From assembly GCA_039798785.1 (NCBI GenBank), contig JBDKFG010000009.1:27054-91053 (forward strand): DNA of 64,000 nucleotides, written 5' to 3'. Positions within the stretch are counted from its first letter, which is position 1. Each line of letters begins with the position of its first letter. The notes below the pieces were generated by a model, which was given only the letters and a program-made list of their open reading frames with translations, was not told the origin of the DNA and ran no database searches. Below are positions 18,658-28,629 of the stretch, piece after piece. Source of the stretch: Verrucomicrobiota bacterium (GTDB lineage Bacteria; Verrucomicrobiota; Lentisphaeria; Lentisphaerales; Lentisphaeraceae). The position numbers and the translations under genes are program-made.

Positions 18658-19809
18658 ATGTTTTTCCCGTCGAAACTGCCTCAGCTCGGCACCACCATCT
18701 TCACCGTCATGAGCGGTTTGGCGCGTCAGCACGGCGCGGTCAACCTGGCCCAGGGCTTTCCCGATTTCGATCCCGATCCGCGCCTGGCGGAGCGCTGCGC
18801 CGCGGCTCTGGCGGCGGGTCGCCATCAATATGCGCCGATGGCCGGCCTGCCGGAGCTTCGCGGCGCCCTGGCGACGGCGATGCGGGAGGATTTCGGCATC
18901 GACTACGATCCGGAGAGCGAGGTGACGATCACCGCGGGGGCGACCCAGGCGTTGCACTCGGCTCTGAGCTGCCTCCTCCATCCCGGCGACGAGTGCCTGA
19001 TCTTCGAGCCCGCCTACGACTCCTACGGCCCGACGATCCTGATGAACGGCGCGGTGCCGGTGCCGGTGACCATGAGGCCGCCGGATTTCCGCTGGGACTG
19101 GGACGCGGCGGCGGCGAAAATCACCTCCCGCACCCGTGCCATCGTGGTCAATTCGCCCCACAACCCGACCGGCTCCTGCTTCGCCGAGGCCGACCTGATC
19201 GCCCTGGAAAACCTCGCCGAGAAACACGGACTCTGGGTGGTCAGCGACGAGGTCTACGCCGGCATCGTCCACGACGGCCGCCGCCACTTCTCCTGCGGCT
19301 CCCGCGCCGCCCTGCGGGCCCGCAGCTTCGTCTGCATGAGCTTTGGCAAGACCTTCCACTGCACCGGCTGGAAGGTCGGCGGCTGCCTCGCTCCGGCGGA
19401 GCTCAGCGCCGAGTTCCGCAAGGTCCATCAGTTCACCACTTTCTCGGTCAACACCCCGGCCCAGGCCGCCCTTGCCGATCTTTGCGCTCTCCGCGAAGCG
19501 CGCCGCCACGGCGATTTCTTCCAGACCCGTCGCGACCTGCTGATCTCCAGCCTCGCCGGCTCGGGACTGCAAGCCCTCGCACCCTGCCAGGGCAGCTACT
19601 TCCAGCTCTTCGACTACTCCGCCCTAAGGGATGAGAGGGACCTCGATTTCGCCGCCCGCATGACTCGTGAACGCGGAGTCGCCTCGATCCCCCTCAGTCC
19701 CTTCACGGCAGATCCTGATCCAGCGCAGCGCTTGATCCGTCTCTGTTTCGCCAAGAAGCCCGAAACTCTGTTAGCCGCGGCGGCGAAACTGCGAGCCGCG
19801 AGGGGCTGA
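18658..19809 (+). CDS. PLP-dependent class I/II aminotransferase (methionine aminotransferase YbdL-like)
   Basis: SKLPQLGTTIFTVMS, NLAQGFPDF, NSPHNPTG, SDEVY, SFGKTFHCTGWKVG and RLCFAK. Confidence 0.9.
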   Translation: MFFPSKLPQLGTTIFTVMSGLARQHGAVNLAQGFPDFDPDPRLAERCAAALAAGRHQYAPMAGLPELRGALATAMREDFGIDYDPESEVTITAGATQALHSALSCLLHPGDECLIFEPAYDSYGPTILMNGAVPVPVTMRPPDFRWDWDAAAAKITSRTRAIVVNSPHNPTGSCFAEADLIALENLAEKHGLWVVSDEVYAGIVHDGRRHFSCGSRAALRARSFVCMSFGKTFHCTGWKVGGCLAPAELSAEFRKVHQFTTFSVNTPAQAALADLCALREARRHGDFFQTRRDLLISSLAGSGLQALAPCQGSYFQLFDYSALRDERDLDFAARMTRERGVASIPLSPFTADPDPAQRLIRLCFAKKPETLLAAAAKLRAARG

Positions 19810-19836
19810 TACAGGCCTAACAGGATGGGATGAGTG

Positions 19837-20781
19837 TCAATCGCGCAATCGCGACTGAGTCTTGCCAGCGACAGACGGACCTTGATTCGGTGTATCAGAG
19901 TTCCTAATGAATAAGAATCCTCCTAGGCTGCAGCCGAAAATGATGAGCAAGCCGAAGATGCCGCCGGTCCATATCCAAAAGCGACGATTTTGGGCCTTGG
20001 CTTTTTCTTCGGCTGCATGTTTGGCCGCTTTCTCCTGAGCTCTCTTGCGTTCAGCAAGGATCTGCTCTGTGCGGGTCTTGAACTCAGAACGTACGGCGTG
20101 TGCCAGGCTGACCCAGCCTTCCGGGCTTGAAATGAAGCCTGCATCCTCGTTTGCACGGCACAGGGCATCATGTATTTCCTTCCAATGTTCTGACTGCCAT
20201 TTCTTTTGAAGCGTATCGATGTCTTGAAGTCGGTTGGCAATGAATCGTTGGCGCAGCAAAACTACACGATCGGGTTGTAGGCCGTCCCGAATTTTCTGGT
20301 CCATCACATCCGCGATCAGATATTCTTTTGAATCAACTTTAAAACGAGCTCGGCCCAAAGCGCTTATTCGTCCTTTCAGATCGAGTTGAAGAAATGGGCT
20401 GTAGATGCAATTGATTTCGTCGCCGATGTTATATTCTGGTACATCGAGAGCGGCGGCATCTTCAAGTGATTTTTGGCTCGGAACGGGTATTGCATGTTCA
20501 CTCTTCTCGCGGACTATTTTGTTGGCCTCATTAATTGTGTCGATCAGAGAATTTTTATTGGGGGTTTCTGGAATTCCTAGTTTTTTGGCGCAGATTGCTA
20601 TACAAATGTCGATCTGTCTGTCCTGGTCATTGATAATGTCTTCGTCTTTTACTCCAGAAACTGTTTGATGGATGCGCTCCCTTCTTTCTTGGCTAGAAGA
20701 GACTCTAGGTTCTACCGAGGTATACTCGGCAGCACTCAGAACGATTTCAATCCCTATGGTCAAAGCAGCAAGGAGCTTCAT
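19837..20781 (-). CDS. Hypothetical protein with N-terminal signal and C-terminal TM anchor, in AT-richer DNA
   Basis: 314-aa ORF with AGAGGT RBS and a C-terminal hydrophobic helix (FWIWTGGIFGLLIIFG). Visibly lower GC than its neighbours. Confidence 0.65.
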   Translation of the reverse strand: MKLLAALTIGIEIVLSAAEYTSVEPRVSSSQERRERIHQTVSGVKDEDIINDQDRQIDICIAICAKKLGIPETPNKNSLIDTINEANKIVREKSEHAIPVPSQKSLEDAAALDVPEYNIGDEINCIYSPFLQLDLKGRISALGRARFKVDSKEYLIADVMDQKIRDGLQPDRVVLLRQRFIANRLQDIDTLQKKWQSEHWKEIHDALCRANEDAGFISSPEGWVSLAHAVRSEFKTRTEQILAERKRAQEKAAKHAAEEKAKAQNRRFWIWTGGIFGLLIIFGCSLGGFLFIRNSDTPNQGPSVAGKTQSRLRD

Positions 20782-21010
20782 GAAGAACTTACCTCTTAGA
20801 TGATGTTTAAATCTACATTAACTATACTCGGTCGATAAGCAAGGTGTCGCTCTCTTGTTCTTATGTTGCTAAGGGATAGGAGGGAAAGCTTGAAATTGAC
20901 GAGGTGTTTTGCAAAAGCCGTCAGAGTCCTTCGTTGTGCGGTTGTTCTCGGGCCGATTGGCGGTTTATTGGGCGGATTCATCCCGAATCCCCAGTCCCAG
21001 CAGGTGCCGA

Positions 21011-22393
21011 GTGACATGTCCGCTTTTCATTCGTCGTTTAGCCGGGCGTCATTGGCATGGGCCTGGCGGCCTGGCCGAGCTGCTGCCGATCGCCTTGCCG
21101 ATGGTGGTGTCCTCGGCCAGCGACACTTTGATGCTTTTCTGGGACCGTTGGCTGCTGTCGCAACGGGGCATGCTGGAGATGTCGGCGGCGTTTTCCGGTG
21201 GCCTCACCTCCTTTCTCACCGCCTGCTTCTTTCTAGGCGTGCTGGGATCGGCGACGCCTCTGGCCAGCCAGTACCTCGGGGCCGGACGACCTGAGCGGGC
21301 TGGCGCGGTGCTGGGGCAGTCGCTTCTTTTCACTTGCATGGCGGCACCGCTCCTGCCGCTCAGCGTTCCGCTGGCGGGCTTGCTGTTCCGTGCCTTCGGA
21401 CATCAGGGCGAGCTGCTCCGGCTTGAGCTTGATTATTATTTCTGGATGAGCTTCGCCCACATTCCGATGCTCTTCAAGGCTAGTTTCGGAGCCTTCTTCA
21501 CGGCTCTCGGTCGGACCCGCTTGGTGATGGCGGCCAATCTCGGCGCCGCGCTGCTCAACGTCCCGCTCGCCTGGCTGCTGATCACCGGCGGCGGCTTTTT
21601 CGAGGGTCTCGGGCTGAAAGGTGCGGCGATCGCCACCGGCTGCGCCGGCATGCTCGGAGTCGCCCTGCTCGCTTCGCAGGCTTTCTCTCCTGCCTGCCGC
21701 CGTGAATTCGGGACATTTACTGGGCTGCGCCGCGACGGCGAGCTCTTCCGCCGTCTTCTTCGCTTCGGCCTGCCGGGCGGTGCCGAGTTCCTGCTGATGA
21801 TGGCTGGATTCAACGGTTTCATCCTCGCCTTCCAGTCGGCCGGGATCCTGTCGGCGGCGGCGGTGACCATCTGCTTCAACTGGGAGCTGCTCGCCTTTCT
21901 GCCGATGACCGGGCTGCAGGTGGCGGTGTCTTCGGTCAGCGCCCGCTGCCTCGGGGCGGAGGATCCCGCTTCGGCGGAGCGCGCCGCCTTCAACGGCTTG
22001 CGACTGGCCTGGGGCTACTCCAGCCTGATGGCCTTGATCTTCCTGGTCTTCGCCCCGCAGCTTGCCGGAATCTTCGCCTCGCGGGATGGGCATGAGGCGG
22101 CCGAGCTTGCCTCTTCGATGCTGCGACTTTGCGCCATCTATCTCTTGGCGGATTCGGCCCACCTGATCTTCGGGGGTGTCTTGAAAGGGGCGGGCGACGT
22201 GCGGTTCCCTCTGGTGACCAGCACTTTGATCTTCTGGGGCCTGGCGGGCCTAACCTTGCTTGGCGTCCGCCTCGGTTTCGGCCCCCTGGCCCTGTGGGGC
22301 CTTTTCATCGTCGCGATGTTGATTCTCGGCAGCGTACTTTATCTGCGCTTCCGGCTGGGCCCTTGGAGGGGCCTGAGGATGATCGAGAATTGA
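21011..22393 (+). CDS. MATE family efflux transporter
   Basis: ELLPIALPMVVS, ASQYLGAG, GLGLKGAAIAT, LLRFGLPGG and GVLKGAGD; ~12 TM segments. Start is uncertain (GTG 21011 chosen). Confidence 0.9.
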   Translation: MTCPLFIRRLAGRHWHGPGGLAELLPIALPMVVSSASDTLMLFWDRWLLSQRGMLEMSAAFSGGLTSFLTACFFLGVLGSATPLASQYLGAGRPERAGAVLGQSLLFTCMAAPLLPLSVPLAGLLFRAFGHQGELLRLELDYYFWMSFAHIPMLFKASFGAFFTALGRTRLVMAANLGAALLNVPLAWLLITGGGFFEGLGLKGAAIATGCAGMLGVALLASQAFSPACRREFGTFTGLRRDGELFRRLLRFGLPGGAEFLLMMAGFNGFILAFQSAGILSAAAVTICFNWELLAFLPMTGLQVAVSSVSARCLGAEDPASAERAAFNGLRLAWGYSSLMALIFLVFAPQLAGIFASRDGHEAAELASSMLRLCAIYLLADSAHLIFGGVLKGAGDVRFPLVTSTLIFWGLAGLTLLGVRLGFGPLALWGLFIVAMLILGSVLYLRFRLGPWRGLRMIEN

Positions 22394-22513
22394 GCTGGGG
22401 GGCAGGCCGGGACGCGATGATTGCCGAAATTCATCGGGTCTTGACTGATGCCGCCTTGCTTATCCCTGCTCCCGGGATGATTTTGTCGAATGATCCCCCA
22501 AGGAGTGTTTCGG

Positions 22514-24067
22514 ATGTCACGAAGTGAATGGAAGGGCCGCATGGCGGCCGTGGTCGACATTGGTTCCAGCGCCCTGAGGCTGCTCGTCGCGGAGCGGCTC
22601 GACGACGCCACCTGGCATGCCCTCGAGAGCCTCGAGCGTCCCTGCGAGCTGGGCCGCGATGTCTTCCTCCATGGCGAGATCGGTCCGGAGAGCTTCCGCC
22701 ATCTCCTCGCCGTGCTCGCCAGCTTTCGCGAGACCTTGCGCGCCTGGCAGGTTCCCGACAATTCGGTGCGGGTGATCGGCACCAGCGCCCTGCGCGAAGC
22801 ACTCAACCGTGATACCGTGGTCGACCGGATCAGCCTCCGCACCGGCTTCCAGATCGAGGTGATCGAAGGGGTCGAAGCCAGCCGGCTGACTTATCTGGCG
22901 GTGGAGTCCGCTCTTGCCCAGGGCTGGCCCGGCTTCCAGCTGGCCAACACCCTGGTCGTCGAAGTCTCCGGCGGCAGCACCGAGGTCCTCCTCCTGCACC
23001 GCGGCGCCGTCGCCGCGACCCACACCCTGGCGCTGGGCACCGTCCGCATCGGCCAGCAGCTTCGCGGCAGCGGCGGCAACGAAATGGCCGGACGCGTCCT
23101 CGAAGACGCGGTGCAGGGTTTCAGCCGCATGGTCGATTCGGAATTCCCGCTCAGCCAGGTGAACTTCATCGTCGCCATCGGCGGCGAACTGCGCTTCGCC
23201 GCCCGCCGCATCGGCAAGGAGATCACGCCGCGGCTGCGCCGCATCGAGGGCAAGGACTTCCTCAAGCTCACTGATTCCCTCAGGCGACTGGCTCCCGATG
23301 AGATCGCCCGCCGCCACGGGCTCAGTCCTTCCGATGCCGCCAGCCTCTTTCCGGCGCTCAAGGTGGTCAGCGCCTTCCTCCAGGCTTCCAACGCCAAGCA
23401 TCTGCTCGTCCCCGATGCCAGTATCCGTGACGGCGTCCTCGACGACCTCGCCCGCGGCGGCGGCATCGATTCCTCCCTTGCCGAGCAGATCATCGCCTCG
23501 GCCTGGAACGTCGCCCGCAAATACCATTGCGACGAAGACCATGCCCGACATACCCGCGAAGCCGCCCTGACGCTCTTCGACGCCATCGCTCCCGGCCGCG
23601 GTCTCGACGCCTCCCACCGCCTCATCCTCGAGGTCGCCGCCATCCTCCACGACGCCGGCCGCTTCATCGCCACCAGCTCGCACCACAAACACTCGCTCTA
23701 CATCATCCGCAACACCGAGATCTTCGGCCTCAGCCCGGAGGCCCGTGAAGTGGCTGCCAATGTTGCCCGCTATCACCGCAAGAACCCTCCCAGCCTCGAC
23801 GACAAGGAGTTCGCCGATCTCGAACGAGATCAGCGCCTCGCCGTGGTCAAGCTCGCCGCCATCCTCCGCGTCGCCGACGCCCTCGACTCTGGCGAGCGCT
23901 CCCGGGCGGTGGTCAGCAAGGTCGAAGTCGACGAAGCCGAGGGAGAACTCCGGCTCTACCTCGACCGCGGCGACGAAGCCGCTTCCGCCGTCCGTGCCCG
24001 CGCCGACATGATGGACGACGTCTTCGGCCTCCATCCGCGGCTGATCTCCAGATTCAAAGCTGAATAA
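22514..24067 (+). CDS. ppx: Exopolyphosphatase Ppx/GppA with HD domain
   Basis: VDIGSSALRL, GTSALREA.N, GVEASRL, GGSTE, IRDGVL, AAILHDAG, ARYHRK and LRVADALD. Confidence 0.92.
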   Translation: MSRSEWKGRMAAVVDIGSSALRLLVAERLDDATWHALESLERPCELGRDVFLHGEIGPESFRHLLAVLASFRETLRAWQVPDNSVRVIGTSALREALNRDTVVDRISLRTGFQIEVIEGVEASRLTYLAVESALAQGWPGFQLANTLVVEVSGGSTEVLLLHRGAVAATHTLALGTVRIGQQLRGSGGNEMAGRVLEDAVQGFSRMVDSEFPLSQVNFIVAIGGELRFAARRIGKEITPRLRRIEGKDFLKLTDSLRRLAPDEIARRHGLSPSDAASLFPALKVVSAFLQASNAKHLLVPDASIRDGVLDDLARGGGIDSSLAEQIIASAWNVARKYHCDEDHARHTREAALTLFDAIAPGRGLDASHRLILEVAAILHDAGRFIATSSHHKHSLYIIRNTEIFGLSPEAREVAANVARYHRKNPPSLDDKEFADLERDQRLAVVKLAAILRVADALDSGERSRAVVSKVEVDEAEGELRLYLDRGDEAASAVRARADMMDDVFGLHPRLISRFKAE

Positions 24068-24172
24068 GGTTTTACAAGTTCGAGGCGTTTTCAGGGTTTT
24101 AAGGCCCACTCTCCAAGCCCTTGAACCGCTAAAACCCTTCCAACTCTTGCGAACCTTGAACCCCTAAAACCC
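24068..24172. repeat. 9-bp periodic imperfect inverted repeat between ppx and ppk1
   Basis: Left units resemble GGTTTTAAG and right units resemble CCTTGAACC/CCTAAAACC. Confidence 0.6.
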
Positions 24173-24182
24173 CCGACCCACC

Positions 24183-26294
24183 ATGAAACCCCGTTACATC
24201 AATCGCGAACTCTCCTGGCTCGAATTCAATGCACGCGTCATGGGTGAGGCTGCCCGATCCGACATGCCGCTGCTTGAGCGTTTTCGCTTCCTTTGCATCG
24301 TCAGCTCCAATCTCGACGAGTTTTTCATGGTACGCATCGCCTCCTTGCTGCGCTGCCAACGAGACAAATTGCCCCTAGGTTGCCCCTCGGGCGCCGCGCC
24401 CGACGAGGTCCTGCGCAAGGCGCTGGCGCGGGTCCGCAAGATGCTCAAGCAGCAGCACGAGATTCTGCATGACAAAATCCTGCCGGGGCTGAACAAGGCG
24501 GGGATCGAGCTGGTCTTCATGGAGAAGCTGAGTACCGCCGACATCTCTTCGGTCGAGAGCTTCTTCGACCACGAGATTTTCCCGGTGCTGACGCCGATCA
24601 AGGCCGCCGACGGCATGATCGTCCACAACTTCAGCAACCTCGGCCACTACGTCGCCTTCCTCCTGCGCGATCCCGTCGCGCCCGAAGAGACCCTGCTCGC
24701 CGTGGTCCAAGTGCCTCATGTGCTGAACCGCCTCGTTCCGCTGCCCGCCGGCGAGGGCGAACGACGCTTCACCTTCCTCGGCAATCTGATCAAGATCTTC
24801 GCCGGGCGTCTCTTCCCCGGCATGGAAGTCCTCGAACACACCAGCTTCCGCCTCAGCAAGGACGCCGACATGGCGGTCGATGAAGATGAGGACCGCGATT
24901 TCATCAGCGCCATGCAGGAAGTCATCTCCGACCGCGAGAGAGGCTACCCGGTCCGTCTGGAGATCCTCGAAGGCACGCCGGTCCTGGCCGAACGCCTCCG
25001 ACAGCACCTCGGGGTCGCCAAGGAGCTGGTCTTTCCGGTAGCCGGTCCGATCGATCTGAAGACGCTGATGCACCTTGCCAGCCTGCCGGGCCACGACAGG
25101 CTTCGCTTCCCGGCCTGGACGCCGCAGCCTGCTGCTGATCTCGGGGACAGCCAGGATCTCTTCGCCGCCATTCGCCAGGGGGATGTCCTCCTCCATCATC
25201 CCTACGAGGCTTTCGAGCCGGTGGTCCGCCTGGTCGAGCAGGCTGCCGCCGATCCCGAGGTGCTGGCGATCAAGATGACTCTCTACCGCACCTCGGGCAA
25301 CTCGCCGATCGTCGCCGCTCTGCTGCGGGCGGCGCAGGCGCGCAAGCAGGTTGTCGTCCTGGTCGAGCTCAAGGCGCGTTTCGACGAGGTCCAGAACATC
25401 CGCTGGGCCCGCGAACTCGAGGAGGCGGGCGCCACCGTCATCTGCGGCGTAGCCCAGCTCAAGGTCCACTGCAAGTTCCTGATGGTCATCCGCCGCGAAG
25501 CCGACCGGATCCGCCGCTATCTGCATCTCGGCACCGGCAACTACAACGAGCGCACCGCGACCCTGTACACCGACCTCGGCTTGATGACTTGCCGTGAAGA
25601 CCTCGCCGACGAAGCCTCCCTGTTCTTCAATTCGCTCACCGGCTATTCGCGGGTGCCGCAGCTGCAGCGCCTCGCCATGGCACCCTTCTCGCTTAAAAGC
25701 AAGGTTCTGGCCCTGATCGACCGGGAGCGGCAGCTCGCCGTCCGCGGCGCTCCCGCCGCCATCGATGCGAAGATGAACGCTCTGGCCGATCCGGAAGTCA
25801 TCGCCGCGCTCTACAAGGCCTCCCAGGCAGGAGTCCAGATCCGGCTCAACGTCCGTGGCGTCTGCATGCTTCTCCCTGGGGTCAAGGGGCTGTCTGAGAA
25901 CATCCGGGTGGTGTCGATCATCGGGCGTTTCCTGGAGCACTCGCGGATCTATTGGTTCCGCAACGGCGGCGACCCTCAGGTCTTCCTCTCGTCGGCCGAC
26001 TGGATGCCGCGCAACTTGGAACGCCGCATCGAGCTGATGTTCCCGGTGCTCGCCGACAACTTGCGTGAGCGTCTGCGTTCCCAGCTCGACCGCTTCTTTG
26101 CCGACAACTGCCATTCCCACGAGCTCGAGAATGACGGCTCCTGGCTGCGTCTGAAGCCGGCCGAACGGAGCGCCTGCCACTCGTGCCAGGACGAGTTCAT
26201 GCGCCTGGCCCGCAGCGCCGCACTGGCGCGGGGGCCCGCCCTTGGCGACGAATTGCCGGTGCGACGCATGCCCAAGAGAAAAGGCAAGGACTGA
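24183..26294 (+). CDS. ppk1: Polyphosphate kinase 1
   Basis: YINRELSWLEFNARV, SNLDEFFMVR, LLHHPYE, IKMTLYRT, ELKARFDE, GTGNYN, GRFLEHSR and SADWMPRNL. Confidence 0.97.
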   Translation: MKPRYINRELSWLEFNARVMGEAARSDMPLLERFRFLCIVSSNLDEFFMVRIASLLRCQRDKLPLGCPSGAAPDEVLRKALARVRKMLKQQHEILHDKILPGLNKAGIELVFMEKLSTADISSVESFFDHEIFPVLTPIKAADGMIVHNFSNLGHYVAFLLRDPVAPEETLLAVVQVPHVLNRLVPLPAGEGERRFTFLGNLIKIFAGRLFPGMEVLEHTSFRLSKDADMAVDEDEDRDFISAMQEVISDRERGYPVRLEILEGTPVLAERLRQHLGVAKELVFPVAGPIDLKTLMHLASLPGHDRLRFPAWTPQPAADLGDSQDLFAAIRQGDVLLHHPYEAFEPVVRLVEQAAADPEVLAIKMTLYRTSGNSPIVAALLRAAQARKQVVVLVELKARFDEVQNIRWARELEEAGATVICGVAQLKVHCKFLMVIRREADRIRRYLHLGTGNYNERTATLYTDLGLMTCREDLADEASLFFNSLTGYSRVPQLQRLAMAPFSLKSKVLALIDRERQLAVRGAPAAIDAKMNALADPEVIAALYKASQAGVQIRLNVRGVCMLLPGVKGLSENIRVVSIIGRFLEHSRIYWFRNGGDPQVFLSSADWMPRNLERRIELMFPVLADNLRERLRSQLDRFFADNCHSHELENDGSWLRLKPAERSACHSCQDEFMRLARSAALARGPALGDELPVRRMPKRKGKD

Positions 26295-26327
26295 GGACGG
26301 GCCGGCGGCACGAAGCCGGACTTCACA

Positions 26328-28505
26328 TCACAAAGGCAGCTTGAAGCGCGACTGCAGGCTTTGGCGGGCGCTGCGCAGCAGCTGCACGCCTATGGGTTTG
26401 TTGGGGAGGACGAAGCGGAGTGCCAGGACCTGGCCGGAGCTGAGCTCGCTCTGGGCCCGTTCATCCGGGCGAACCACCAGTTCGAAGACCCGTTCGGCGG
26501 CTTTTTTGCCTTCGGGATCGGTGTTCGAGGTGAGCATCTCCCCTCCGGCGGCGTAGCCGAGGGCTTGAGAGGGCAGCGTGGACTGCCCCACCGGAAGCTT
26601 CCGTTCGATCTTGCCGGAGTAGCGGCTGGCGGGACGTCCCTTGACCCGGATTTCAAGATCGGTAGAAGCCTGGTCGAGAAGGTTGGAATCCTTCTGGGAG
26701 GCGACAGCCCGGACCAGCAGATCCTGCGGGCTGAGGAGCTTGCCGAGTTCACGCCCGGTCGGGACGTAGGCGCCGATGGCTCGTTCGAGGTGCTCATGCT
26801 GCCAGACGCCATCGCTGCTGGCGACCAGGACCAGGTTGCCGGCCTTCTCCTCGAGGTCGCGTTGTTTCGAGCGGAGGGAGGCGAGCTTGCTGGCGCTGAC
26901 CTGGGCTTCGACCGGGCTTTCGGTCTGGGCCAGCTTGAAGCGCGCCTCCTCGGCCCGGATGAGGGCGGCCTGTGCCTTCAGTTCAGAGCTGATCTCGCCG
27001 TTCTTGCAGCGAACCAGGACCTGGCCGGGACGGACCGCGGTGCCTGCGGGGAGGACTTCGGTGATGAAGCCGGGGCTGCGGCTGTAGACGATCTGGAGCT
27101 GCCGGGGTTCGACCACGCCTTCGAGGCGGACGCGGTCGGGTGCCGGGAGGAGGAAGAGGCAGGCGAGGATCAATACGGCGGCGCCAAGGCTCACCAGCCA
27201 GGCCCTTTCGCGGCAGGAGCTGAGCTCCTGGTGGTTGAGCAGGTAGAGGAAGAACTTGCCGATGGGCTGCAGGACGATCTGCCAGGCGCTCAGGATCGCG
27301 AAGACCGCGGCGAGCAGGAAGAAGTGCTCCGCCAGCATCAGGGCGATGGAGACGACGATGAAGCAGCGGTAGGCGAAGGAGGCGATGGAGTAGAAGAAGA
27401 GCCAGTTCTTTTCGCGGCGGGTGACGGCGCTGTGGAAGCTGTCCTTGACTCCGAGAAGGTGCTTCTTGCCGAGGTGCATGAGATAGTTGTTGGACTGCTG
27501 CGACAGATTCGGGATTTCGATCAGGTCGCTGAGGATGTAGTAAGCGTCGTAGCGGAGGAGGGGATTGCCGTTGAAGATCAGGGTGGAGACGCTGCAGACG
27601 AACATGACGTTGTAGGCGAGGCCGTGTTCGAGGCTGCCCGGCGAGGTCTGGACCCAGACCAGGGCGGCGACCGCCGCCAGCATCAGTTCGACCATCATCC
27701 CGGCGGAGCTGATGACGATGCGCTGCCACTTGCTGCGCAAAGTCCAGGCGCTGGAGCAGTCGACATAGGGGACCGGAGTGAGCAGCATCAGCATCACCCC
27801 CATGGTGTGGACGCCCCCTTTGCCGCCGCTTTTGAGGCCGAAGATCTTGCAGGCGAAGCCGTGGCCGAGCTCGTGCAAGACCTTGGTGACGACGAAGGCG
27901 AGATAGAGCCAGTGGATGTTGCCGAGGCTGAGGATCGACGAACTCTGGTCCGCAAGCCGGTCGCCGTGGCCGATCAGGCAGGAAAGGCCGGCTAGGGAGA
28001 GGAGGATCCAGATCATGAAGCCGAGGGGTGAGCACAGCCAGGCGAAGAGCGGCGCCAGACGGGTGAGGAATCGGTTGGGGTCCCACAAGGGGATCTGAAT
28101 GAAGAGGAAGCTTCGGAGCTTGCCGAGGAGTTCGCGCTGCTGCCGGGTCTTGTAGCGATCGAGCAGACCGGCGGTGTCGGCGGGCATGTCGCCGAGAAGG
28201 AGGTTGCTGGTGTGCAGCTGGCCGAGGAGCTGCAGCGCCTCGCCCTGGGTCGGCGCGGCGTCTCCGAGTTTCGTGGCACAGAGCTTCCAAGCCTCGTCGA
28301 CGCTGCGTTTGCCGTCGAGAAGCCCGAGGAACTGCCAGGCGGCGCCGCTGACCCGGAAATGCTGGTTGTTCACCGGGTCTTGCAGGACGTGCCAGAGCTC
28401 GCCGCGATAATGCTGACGGAATACCGAGACTCCCGGATGCAGACGCGGCCGCAGCTGGGCGATGGAAAACCAGTTTTCGCTGAAGGTCGTGCGTCTGAGG
28501 CTCAT
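26328..28505 (-). CDS. PqqD/RRE-like domain + M50 (site-2-type) zinc peptidase + HlyD-like membrane-fusion domain (YydH-like fusion)
   Basis: N-terminal QDPVNNQHFRV...LDGKRSVDEAW winged-helix-like segment; HELGHG (HExxH); NGNPLLRYDAYY; multiple TMs; C-terminal lipoyl/coiled-coil MFP (SPGFITEVL..GTAVRPGQVL). Start at ATG 28505. Confidence 0.88.
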   Translation of the reverse strand: MSLRRTTFSENWFSIAQLRPRLHPGVSVFRQHYRGELWHVLQDPVNNQHFRVSGAAWQFLGLLDGKRSVDEAWKLCATKLGDAAPTQGEALQLLGQLHTSNLLLGDMPADTAGLLDRYKTRQQRELLGKLRSFLFIQIPLWDPNRFLTRLAPLFAWLCSPLGFMIWILLSLAGLSCLIGHGDRLADQSSSILSLGNIHWLYLAFVVTKVLHELGHGFACKIFGLKSGGKGGVHTMGVMLMLLTPVPYVDCSSAWTLRSKWQRIVISSAGMMVELMLAAVAALVWVQTSPGSLEHGLAYNVMFVCSVSTLIFNGNPLLRYDAYYILSDLIEIPNLSQQSNNYLMHLGKKHLLGVKDSFHSAVTRREKNWLFFYSIASFAYRCFIVVSIALMLAEHFFLLAAVFAILSAWQIVLQPIGKFFLYLLNHQELSSCRERAWLVSLGAAVLILACLFLLPAPDRVRLEGVVEPRQLQIVYSRSPGFITEVLPAGTAVRPGQVLVRCKNGEISSELKAQAALIRAEEARFKLAQTESPVEAQVSASKLASLRSKQRDLEEKAGNLVLVASSDGVWQHEHLERAIGAYVPTGRELGKLLSPQDLLVRAVASQKDSNLLDQASTDLEIRVKGRPASRYSGKIERKLPVGQSTLPSQALGYAAGGEMLTSNTDPEGKKAAERVFELVVRPDERAQSELSSGQVLALRFVLPNKPIGVQLLRSARQSLQSRFKLPL

Positions 28506-28582
28506 GCGGCGGCTTTCGGAGTTTGACGTTTCGAGGGCGGGTGGGCAGGGGCGGGTTGCCTGGACGAATTCAGCAGGATACA

Positions 28583-28614
28583 CCGCGCCCCGCTCTTTGC
28601 AGGGCGGGGCGCGG
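28583..28614. terminator. GC-rich 14-bp hairpin between the giant gene stop and the M50 gene (terminator or mRNA-stabilising stem)
   Basis: CCGCGCCCCGCTCT-ttgc-AGGGCGGGGCGCGG. There is no U-tract on the minus (transcribed) strand. Confidence 0.55.
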
Positions 28615-28629
28615 CGCTTTCATCTGGCT

